Assembly: GCF_036971445.1 (NCBI RefSeq)
Contig: NC_091476.1
Coordinates: forward strand, 44,330,001-44,394,000
Direction of reading: 5' to 3'
Length of the DNA stretch: 64,000 nucleotides
Origin: Narcine bancroftii
Lineage: Eukaryota
Below are positions 49,701-59,707 of this stretch, one piece after another; position 1 is the first letter of the stretch, and each line of letters opens with the position of its first letter. Under the pieces are notes generated by a model. That model saw only the letters and a list, made by a program, of their open reading frames with translations, searched no databases and had not been told where the DNA came from. The position numbers and the translations under genes are program-made.

Positions 49701-49883
49701 CCCCCCACCACCACCACCTTCTCTGACCTCCCTCACCTACCTGCTCTAACTTTCCCTACCTGCCACCTCCTCCCTCTGACTTCCCCAAACATTCATTCCA
49801 CCCCCCACCACCTTCTCTGACCTCCCTTACCTACCTGCTCTAACGTTGCCTACCTGCCACCTCCTCCCTCTGACTTCCCTAAC
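49701..49883 (+). repeat. Two-copy tandem duplication of an about 80-bp C/T-rich unit
   Basis: ccaccaccttctctgacctccct(c/t)acctacctgctctaac...cctacctgccacctcctccctctgacttccc at about 49711-49785 and 49805-49879. Confidence 0.9.
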
Positions 49884-49884
49884 T

Positions 49885-51075
49885 CTAAACCTAACGACAC
49901 GATCTGGGTTTCTCCAGCATTTTTGTGTCAACTGCAATCACTGGATCTGCAGATTTTCATGTTTAACAAAAAAAACTGTTGGAGGTACTCTACAGGTACG
50001 TCCCATCTGTGGGGAGGGTGGAGGAGGGAGAGAGTAAAGAATTGTTGTTTGGTTCAATATTGTGCATCAGAATAGAGAGGGAAGATAGCAGTATAACAAG
50101 GGGAGGAGTGAAATGGACCAGTAATGATTGGTGGACTGAGCTGGTGAATGGAGCCAAAAGAGGAAGGGGTGAAGGCATGTGGATAATAGGCAGTAAAAGA
50201 CAAGGGGAAAGGGCAAATAGAACCATGTGAGGGAAGGGAAGGTGATGTGGTGACGAGCTCAATTAAGTTATTTCCCAGTCTGCATTCAGTCTCTCCAATG
50301 TAGAGGAGGCCACAATGGGAGCATTGTATGCAATAAATGATCCCTACAGATTCATAAGTAGTGTTGCTTCACTTAGAAATATTGTTTGTGGTCCCGAATG
50401 GTGGCGAAGGAGGAGGTATGAGCATTGTGTAACATTTCTTGCAGTCATGGGCATTGGTACCATGGAAAGGAATGAGTGGACGAGAGAGTCCTGGAGTGAG
50501 CAGTCCCTGCTGAAGGCAGGGAGGGGAAGATGAGTTGGGTGGTGGAAATTGCGGTGGACAATATGTTGAATGCAGAGGATGGCAGGAGAAGATGAGCAAA
50601 ATCCTGTCCTTGAGCTTGTGGTGGGAGGGGAGGGGGAGCCACAGCAGATGTGTAGGTGAGGGCTGGGATGATGGCAGTATGGGGAAAACCACATTTGTTT
50701 GAAAGATAACATATCAAATGGAATGGCAGAACTCATCCTGGAAGCAGATGTGACAAAGGTGGAGGAATTGAGAGAGAGGAATAAAATCCTTACAGGAGGC
50801 AAGGTGTAAAGAAGTGCAGTAGATTTGTATAAAATGTCTGCGGAGTTTGTATTCTGAGATGAAGACAGATTGAGAAAGAGGAAAGTGTTGCCAGAGATCA
50901 ACCAAGTGGATTGAGGTAGGAGTGAAAGTTAGCAAGTGAATAAAGCTTACATCATGGGTGCAGAAGAAAGACCAATATATCTGTAGTGGAGGAAGAGTTG
51001 AGCCTTCATTAATCCTTGAACAGTTGCTCCAGCAGTTTCTTTTTTTGTTCCAGATTCCAGCATTTGCAGTTCTCA
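49885..51075 (-). mobile_element. Penelope-like remnant with flanking tails
   Basis: Minus strand SCKDFIPLSQFLHLCHIC (PLE RT C-terminus IPxSQFLRLRRIC), PLPAFSRDCSLQDSLVHS and CKKCYT; tail motifs at both ends. Confidence 0.75.
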
Positions 51076-51239
51076 ATTTTACAGTCCAATTATTAAACTC
51101 TAAATAAAACTATTGATAATTTCTAAAGTAGCAACTTTCCAGCCATTTTGTTTTTGTTTTTTGGAATAGAATAGTAAAGTAATGCATGCTTTTGGTGTTG
51201 TGTCGCTGTCATGTTTACTCATTTTTTTTGCACTTTCAG

Positions 51240-51343
51240 CTGGTGTTGGATACTCGATACTGGACATGGGTCAACCATTTTGTCATATGGGGCTCTTTAG
51301 CCTTTTTTGTCATGTTCTCTTTCTTTTGGGGTGGCATTATATG
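51240..51343 (+). CDS. ATP11C: ATP11C exon (TM9)
   Basis: tttcag|CTG ... TG|gtaagt. [34 protein letters not shown]. 104 nt. Confidence 0.96.
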
Positions 51344-52865
51344 GTAAGTGAATTTGAATATTTGCAGTCCTATTTAAATAATCTTCATCTTGCTAAAGCT
51401 GTGGGTGCATTTACTAAAAATTGGTTTTTTTTTGGCCATGAAGTGAAGAAAATTTGCAAGTTTAATTAGTTGTTTTTTTTTTGAATAATAATAGAATTTT
51501 AATGTGTCTGATATTAAAAGAAAAAAAGTCATCTTAAAGACTGAAGTAAAAACAATGGAAAAGCTGTAAACACTCAGCCAGTCAGTTAGCATCTAAGGGA
51601 GGGAATAAACAGTGAATTGACTTGATTAAAGCACAATATTTATGGTGAAGAGACATTATTATTTGTGAAAAATATTCATTATTTTTTTTACATGGGCTGT
51701 TAATTAATGTGTGTGATTAAATCAAGATAGTCCCATTGTTTTGAACACATTGGACTCTAAACCTGACTACCGAAACTTTTTAAATCATCAACACAGGCCA
51801 CATTCTGCCGACAATGCCTCCAAACCACATACTTTCATAAAAGGGATTATAAATTCAAGCGATTTTATCTTTTTTTTTGTATGAGGGTCTTTTGAATGCA
51901 GTACCCCACATCCACTGCACAGCAATAAATTGCAGTGTTTTTGGTCTTAGAGTACTTTGTATCCAAAGTAAAAATGATGTTCAAAATTCTGTTGGATGCC
52001 ATAATGTTCATAATTCCCCAGCATTGTATTTGGTGAACTTTCATTCACTCCAGGCTCTGTCTCTTGGACTGAGGAGTTCCAGTAATCGAGAGGTGGAACA
52101 AAAAAGGAAATGCTGGACTTACTAAGCACCTGTGGGGAGAGAAACCAAAATCAACATTACATTTGACCTTTTCGCATTTCCATTAATTCTGCTTCTTCAC
52201 CAAAACTACCTGAGCTGCTGAGTGTAATTTCCAATTTAGTAAATACAAGTTTCTACTGTAGGCGGTAGTTTCCAGTATTGCGTGAACGTTCTCTAAAGAG
52301 AATGCAATGGATTCCTGGTCTAGCAGGCATTTGTTCGCTATGATAGTTTAAAAACAGTCACTGGTATGGGAAGGCTCGTGAGTTGTGAAAATATGTTCAG
52401 AAATGCAAAATGTTGTTCAAGATTCTGAAATTGGAGCTTTATCTTCGAAAGTAATTACTTTGTTTTTGATTCCTGCTAAGTATTTCAGTTTAAGTCTGCA
52501 TTCTTCTTGTGACATAATTTAACATTTATAAAATGTGTTCTGTTAAGTTCACCCACAGTATAGAAGTATATTTTAAAGGGCTGTGTCTTTGAGAATCTCT
52601 ACCAGGAATACTATTTTATGTACTAATGTTTGTGCAAAAACTGCTAATCTTAAAAAATATATAGCTGGAACACCTTCATAATGCAGTGCTGTATCTGTGG
52701 CTGAACTGAATAGTCATTGAATTTTCTTTATCTTAACGTGGATTACAACTGTATTCTTTGGAAAATTGTCTTGGCATTCATAGTATAACTGTTATTAGCT
52801 TTGGTATGTGACATGCATGTGGCCTGAAAATACTGAACTTAATTATTTTACTTTCTGTTTGATAG

Positions 52866-53022
52866 GCCTTTCCTGAAACAGCAGAGAATGCACTTTGTAT
52901 TTACACAGATGCTGACTTCTGTGTCAGCATGGCTGACTATAATTTTATTAATAACTATTAGTTTGGTGCCTGATGTTATTGTAAAACTCTTGAGCAAGCC
53001 AATGGGCAGAAGGCCGCAGCAG
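52866..53022 (+). CDS. ATP11C: ATP11C exon (TM10), last shared coding exon
   Basis: gatag|G ... CAG|gtaagt. (W)[52 protein letters not shown]. 157 nt, ends phase 0. Confidence 0.95.
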
Positions 53023-53399
53023 GTAAGTGAACCCCTTAGAATGTAAAGGATTGATCTACTTGTATCTGTTTTCCTCATTCATGGTAACTATTAGAGGACT
53101 CTTATGTGGAATGCGTAGCCCAGAGAAAATAATTACTTAACCAAAAAAACTGAAGATGTTTATTGTTACTTCTGTAACATGAGGTAAGTAAACAGGGCAC
53201 AGTTTAATAGTGGGTAATTGGCTTTATTCTTTTGTGGATGATGGTTCTTAGCAAGGATTCTCCCATTGATTAAAAATAATTGAAGAACAAATTTGTTTTA
53301 AACTGTGAACCATTGCAAAGCATTAATTGTTCCCTTGATCATAATAATTTCCACTATCTTGCATGCTTTTCATGTAAGATTCTCTATAAAAAGTCTGAT

Positions 53400-53632
53400 A
53401 GATGAGAATCAAACTAGAGGACACAGGTTAAGAGTGGAAGGGGAAAAAGAGAGTGGTGGGAGTGTGGAACGAGCTGCCAGCTGAGGTGGTCAATGCAGAC
53501 TCAATTTTAACATTTAAGAAAAATTTGGACAGTAACATGGATGGGAGAAATATAGAGAGCTAGGGACTGGGTGCAGGTCAGTGGAACTAGGCCAAAAGGG
53601 CCTGTTTCTGTGCTGTAGTGTTCTATGGGTCT
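53400..53632 (+). mobile_element. CR1 3' fragment
   Basis: actagaggacacaggttaagagtg...tggaacgagctgccag...gggcctgtttctgtgctgtag. Confidence 0.8.
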
Positions 53633-53769
53633 AGGAAATTTTTCTAACATAGAAAAAGGCTATTTGGCCCAACTCATCTTAATGCTGAAATCTTGTTATG
53701 CTCACCATGTTTACAAACATTCAATCTCTTCCCCTGTACTCTTCAAATCCAACTACCTGTTCAAATGCT

Positions 53770-54370
53770 TAGAATCAGAATCATGTTTATTGTCATGAAC
53801 GTGTCAAAAAAATTGTTTTGCGGCAGAAATATTGGATAGAATGAGGTACAAAATGACTATAAATTACGATTCTGTAAATACAAGATTTTTTTAAATGCAA
53901 AAAGGAGTGAGGTACTTTCCATAGGTTTACTATCCATTCAGAAATCTGATGGCAGAGGAGAAGAAGCTGTTTTTGTAATGTTGAGTGTGTGTCTTCAGGC
54001 TCTTTGCCTCCTTCCTGATGGTAGCAGTGAGAAAACGGCATGGCCCGTGTTGAGGGTCCTTGATGATAGAGGCTGCTTTCTTGAGGGACCACCTCTTCAA
54101 GATGTCCTTAATGGAGTGATGACTAATGCCCATGATGGCGCTAGCCAAGTTTACAAACCTCTGTAGCCTTTTCCTGACCTGTGCATTGGCATCTCCGTAT
54201 CGGATAGACAGTGATACAACCAGTCAGAATGCTCTCCACAGTATATCTGTAAAATTTTGCAGGAGTCTTTGATGACATACCAAATCTCCTCAAACGCTTA
54301 ACGAAATATAGCTGCTGGCATTGCATCAGCATGATGGCCCCAGGATAGATCTTAAGAGATTTTGACAGAA
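53770..54370 (-). mobile_element. Rex1/Babar-like LINE 3' end
   Basis: QQLYFVKRLRRFGMS...FYRYTVESILTGCIT, KKAASIIKDPQHG and KNSFFSSAIRFLNG; (GATTCT)n tail at about 53771-53782. Confidence 0.85.
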
Positions 54371-54859
54371 AAGTTATAATTTATCCTCCTCGATCCATAT
54401 ACTATGAAAATTCATATCCCTCCAATCTTTAAATTTTAACTATCAATCTTGGAGGGTGGGATGAAGAAACATTAATACTTGAACATTAATGCAGCATCTT
54501 TAAACGAAAACAGCAAGGTTGAAAACACTCAGAAGGCTGGACTGAAATGGTGGGGTGGGGAACAGTTTGAGAACTTTTCATCACAACTGGAAAAAGGCAA
54601 ATGTTTCAAGTTGCAGAGAAGTGGAGAAAACAGGATTGTCTGGCAGGGTGAAAACCATGATAACAATTACTTTGAATTCAATTTGTATGGAACAAAAGAA
54701 AAATAATAAGTAGAAGTTATATCCATGAGGTTGCTCATGTTTTACTGAGTCTTCAGTGATTTTGAGCATTAAGATTTAACATCAAAAATTTGAAAAATGT
54801 ATTTTCTGCTCTGGGAATTCAGAGTCAAACAATTTTTACAATGTGAAATATGTACAATG

Positions 54860-55148
54860 AATTCCAGAGGATGTCTGCTCAAGGTGAGTAGAAGAAAGTT
54901 TAGGGGAGATGTCAGAAGTAGGTTGCTATAAACAGAAAGATGCAGAGAGATTGGTGAATGCCTGGACTGCATTGCTGGAGGGCTGGTGGAGGCTAGTACA
55001 TTAGAGACATTCAAAAGACTCATTTAAAAGGCTCTTCAACACATGGATATAAGAAAAATTGAGGTTTCTGGGTATGAGGTCTGGAAGGATAAGATTGTTG
55101 TTGAGGGTGTGGACCAAATGGCCTGTGTTGAGCTTTAATGTTCTATGA
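54860..55148 (+). mobile_element. CR1 3' fragment (same family as 40762-41190)
   Basis: ccagaggatgtctgctcaaggtgagtagaagaaagtttaggggagatgtcaga...gaccaaatggcctgtg. Confidence 0.75.
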
Positions 55149-56012
55149 TTGCAATTCCCAGTGGCTGAAACAAACTCATGAAAGATGGCATATCATTCCT
55201 TCATTTTACAATGGGCTTCAGTTGAGCTAAGGATGACAGAGGAGATTGGGAGTGAGATGGAGTGTTGAAATGATAGGAGACTGGGTACTTGGTATTGCCC
55301 TTGTGAAATGTAATGTGGTCATCCAATCTGTATTTGGTTTCTCTGAAGTTGAGGAAAATGCATCATGAATAGTGACTGGAAAATCTAAATTGGAAGTCAA
55401 ATGAATTGCTTCAGTTGAAACAAATATGTGGGCCTCTGGATGGTGGAAGGCCTGAAGTAAAAGAGAAAGTTCCAAAGCATCTTCCACAGCTACTGTTAAA
55501 GGAAGAAGAGTAGGGTGGAAGAGTCAGTTACAGTTGCAGAGATGGAATGCTGGAAATGAAGGGATGGGAAGATGTCTGGTTGTAGAATCTTACTGGAGGT
55601 GAGAACTCATGGAATTCTCTTTTGGCTTGCTGTGTCCATTGACAGACACATTATTTTTGTACATTTTCTAGCCTTTAATTTCTGTTGCTGTTTCTTTAAT
55701 GTACTCTTGTGGTTTGAAATAACTACCTGAAGCAATTGAGAGTTTTAAAATAGATTTCTATGGATATGCACTGGGTTGCAGTCTCATCCTAGGTGACAGC
55801 GCTAGTAATCCTAAAACTTGGCTTCAAGATAAGCAAACCAGGGGTTTCCAGTAAATTGCCCTTTTTTTTAGATGAATAGGAGTGAGAGATTTGCACACTT
55901 TTTTATTTTATTAAAAAAGTATGATGCTATCTTTCTGTTTATAGCATCATATTTCCCAGATAAATATTTTGCCAGCTTTGAACTTGAACTAAATACACGT
56001 GTTTTGTGTGTC

Positions 56013-56116
56013 ACTGTCCCGCATCGGACTTGTCAGCCACAAACGAGCCTGCAGTTGACGTGGACATTACCCCTCCATAAATCTTCGTCTGCGAAGCCAA
56101 GCCAAAGAAGAGAAGA
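56013..56116 (+). mobile_element. RTE 3' tail
   Basis: ctgtcccgcatcggacttgtcag...cccctccataaatcttcgtctgcgaagccaagccaaagaaga matches 38261-38360. Confidence 0.85.
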
Positions 56117-56719
56117 AATTAGCATTTCTTTTTCAACTCCAATAAATTTGGATGAAGATGTACATTAACATTTTGAATGCAAAAAAAAGTACTTGAAATG
56201 ATGTTTGATTATTCGGTTATAACTATTAAATCTAGATGAGGCAAGCTTCATTATTGGGATGTAGTCAAATTTACTGAGGATGTACAAGTGAAATGCTGTA
56301 TCTGCTCCAAAATATGGAGTACTTTTGGTTGATAGTACAGTATGGTATCAAATAGCACACCTGTATATTTTAATAACCAGAAATATCTAGAAAAATTAAC
56401 TAACTTTTCAAAAGTAGAAATATTTTCAAGCGAGGTAATGTCTTAAAAGCTAAATTTAAGATGACAATTAATGTTGCAGTTATTCACAGAACTTTCAGTT
56501 GCATCTGAATAGAGATTATCAGAAGAATCTCTGCCATATTAAATGTTGATATTTCACTTTTCAAAGTAGTGTTTATTTGTGAGATTCTCTTGTGCCATGT
56601 TTTGATTCCTTGCACTTTCTTCCTCTTTGAAAATCTTTAAATGTACTGCTGCCTGAAATATTTCTGATTATCCCCTTTGGGTCTCTTCTTTCCGCTTCTC
56701 CTTTTCCACTCTGAACCAG

Positions 56720-56809
56720 GCAAGACAGCACTTGCCTTCTTCCAGGCAGTCTACAGTTTTTATGCTCTCCCAAACTTCCAGCAACCAGAGTTTCTCTTGG
56801 AATGATTGA
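56720..56809 (+). CDS. ATP11C: ATP11C alternative C-terminal exon 1 (FMLSQTSS-type tail); exon ends 56810
   Basis: Long pyrimidine tract then ccag|GCA, phase 0. ARQHLPSSRQSTVFMLSQTSSNQSFSWND* then G|gtgatc donor. Resembles the IFMLSQTSS C-terminus of ATP11A and, as I recall, of an ATP11C isoform. Confidence 0.85.
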   Translation, partial: ARQHLPSSRQSTVFMLSQTSSNQSFSWND

Positions 56810-56857
56810 GGTGATCTCTCTTCCTTTTCCTGTTATGCTTGCATTTTTTTTAGCTTG

Positions 56858-56908
56858 GCATGCAATGAATTTATACCACCTGTCATTTTGATGGAGTCTG
56901 CATGCATG
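56858..56908 (+). promoter_or_regulatory. Candidate RBFOX intronic splicing enhancer cluster
   Basis: GCATG at 56858-56862 and overlapping TGCATG at 56899-56904 and 56903-56908, 50-100 nt downstream of the alternative exon donor. Confidence 0.45.
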
Positions 56909-59611
56909 TTTGAATATTTCAATGCACATCTCTGAAATAACATCTGTTTTCTGTTGTATAAAAATTCTGGGGGGGGGGTGGGAGGAGGAGAAAGGTATGT
57001 TTTATTGAAAAACCTGTTGAACAAGACAATTTAAGAAATCTTAATGGACATTCGCTTGTTAAGCTAAAACTGCTTTTTTTGGGTCTGGATTATGAAAGCC
57101 AGCATATCCATTCACTTGACTGGAGGTAGACCAGTAGTTTTAAGTAACACTGAATCTGCAAGTTGTCATTTTGTGCTACTTACTTGTAACATTTAAATTT
57201 ATTGATAAGAAAATTAACCCTAAATAGCTGATGTGTTCACAGTACAATGAGTAATGATTGAGAAATTATTTAACTATACAGGATAGTTAGATGATCTGGT
57301 AGAATGTTACAAAGATTCCATTCTAGTTTTTCACCAAAGTTGCTGGATAATATTCTAAAAAGCAAATGGGCTCAGCGTCAAGTGTTAGCACCTTAAAACT
57401 AGCATAAAAAGTTTATTTCTCAGATTTGTATAACTTCATCATGCAAAATATACCTTGTATAAAACCAGGAAAAGTGCAGTGTGTATTGGGCAAATGGAAG
57501 GTGATCTGTTTTGTTTTTGGTGCTCCAATAACCTTTGGAATGTGCGAGGGTGTTATTTGAGCAACATTGTTCTTCATTTTGTCATTTCACTTTTCATATG
57601 TATTTTAAAAGCATGTTCAGTTTTTGGTCTCTACCTTGATATTTTATGTGCTTGGCTATTTGCATTGCTGATCATGCCTCACCTTAACAGTGCAGTCCAT
57701 TTTTGAAAGAGTCCAGTGCAGGAGATTCTTCATTCATTTTGATTTTTAGGTTGATAACATTAACATGGTAAAAGCTTGCTATTGATCAAACTTGCTAGAT
57801 ATTTAATTTACTCCATTTCTATTGTGATTTTTTTTTGGATGCACTTGAACACACCTTAGCTAATCAGAATAGGAAGAAGATGGATGGCAACGAGCAAACC
57901 AGCCTTGCTTCTATTGTAATAGCAAGCTGAAAAATATTAGAAGAGTTTGGGGACTAAACTGTTAACTAATACACTGGCTTAAAAATTTACACTTGTAGCT
58001 GATGAGATGCTCCTGCTGCCAGTTCAAATAGCAGCTTGTGTTCAAGGTAGAGATTGATTGGTTCTTGATTAGCCAGCACATCAAAGATTATGGGGTGAAG
58101 GTCAGGCAATGGAGATGAGGAATAAAATGGTTCAAAAGTTATTGAATGGTGGGGCAGATTCACTGGGTCAAATAGCCAGTTTGTGCTCCTATGCCTTTAT
58201 ATGCTCTAATGACTGGAGGTATAGCCTGTAATGTGCATAGCTATCCTCAGAAGAATATATTGTTCTAGCATCCTTGATTGTAGAAAGCTCCTCACCAACC
58301 AGGTTGTGAAAGATGATTGCACTCCAAGTAAGAATTTAAATACTACTTATTGTGTAGGAAACTAGGACTAGACCCATAGAAATAATTGGGTTGTATAATG
58401 AATTTGCTAAGGCTAACTCAGCTAAGTACTCCCCCTGGTCCAATCCCCTCCCTGTTCCCTGTAATCTTTGACTCTCCAAAAGTCAGCCTCTCAGCCTTGT
58501 ATATTCATTTCAGAAATGTTGGGAGGGAGAATTCCAGAGAGAATAAATTCTGTTTTAAATTTGTGAATGCATTCACAAGGGGAAATGTCTCAAAAACCTT
58601 GTGACATCAGATCTGCTCCAAACCATGTTTCTATAAGATTTCCAATACTGCCCTCCCCATTCTTCTAAATTTCCATGAGTATCAGCCAACATGCTCATGA
58701 AACAGACATAAAGGTGTCAGTTGACCAGCTGGTATTGAAGTATCTTGTATACAAACCCCAAATAATCCATCTAATTGTTAGGTTTTTTTTTTAAATTTTC
58801 AATCTAAACTGATTTTAGATGTTTAAATAAGTTTATCTTGCAGCAGTTTGAGAATGAGTTTATTGACCTATATATTGTACAAGGTAAATATGCACAGAAA
58901 TTCTTGATACAGCTAAACAGGCTCTTGAAAGAATGTCAATAGTCTCCCAGCTAACCTACCTAGCATATTTCAGTGAATAATCAAGTGTATGTTTGTAATT
59001 TAGCATAACACATTCCTGGAAACCAGAAGAGCTACACCTGCTGTTCATGGTAGTAATAATGTGTCTGATAATAATTTAAACAAAATTATACAAAACTCAA
59101 GATGGGAAGGTTAGTGAGCTCGAGGTGAAATGGAGTTTGCAATCATCGATTGTGCCTTTGTAGTTGAACAGTTTGGCTCTCTCAATGATGACTTCGATGT
59201 GAGTGATGTTTTCTTGTGTGAAATCAATGTTCAGAAAGAATCAAAGTGCCAAAGGGAAAAAAAGGGTTTAAAATGTGCTGTTTTCAACTTGAAATGACTA
59301 ACACTTAGTTTCAAGGCAAAAGGATGGATTGGTAAACCCATAGCAATTTTAGGCATTACTCCATCTAAAAATTTGATTTAATTTGCTTGTGTACTGTTGT
59401 GGGTATTACTTAATGCAGAGTAACTTCAAGGAGAGCGATTCACTCCTTTTTGCCCATATTAGCTCAGATGTTTGTGAATGATATCCAAATTTATTTTCCT
59501 TGCACACTTAAAGGCTGATAATACCCTTTTTGAAGTAACTTAAACTCCCAGATATTTATAACACAATTTGTGGTGTACAAGTATTCTAAGTATCTCACCT
59601 CATTGTTACAG

Positions 59612-59707
59612 AAATATTTGGTCTATAACAAGGCTGCTGATTCAGTTTCGACCCCCAGATCCCCTGTTGAACCACTTCTTGCAAGATCTTTCTCAGTTGA
59701 ATCATGA
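59612..59707 (+). CDS. ATP11C: ATP11C alternative C-terminal exon 2 (ATP11C-a-type tail); exon ends 59720
   Basis: ttacag|AAA, phase 0. KYLVYNKAADSVSTPRSPVEPLLARSFSVES* aligns by eye to mammalian [30 protein letters not shown]. CAG|gtactg donor 13 nt after the stop. Confidence 0.85.
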   Translation, partial: KYLVYNKAADSVSTPRSPVEPLLARSFSVES

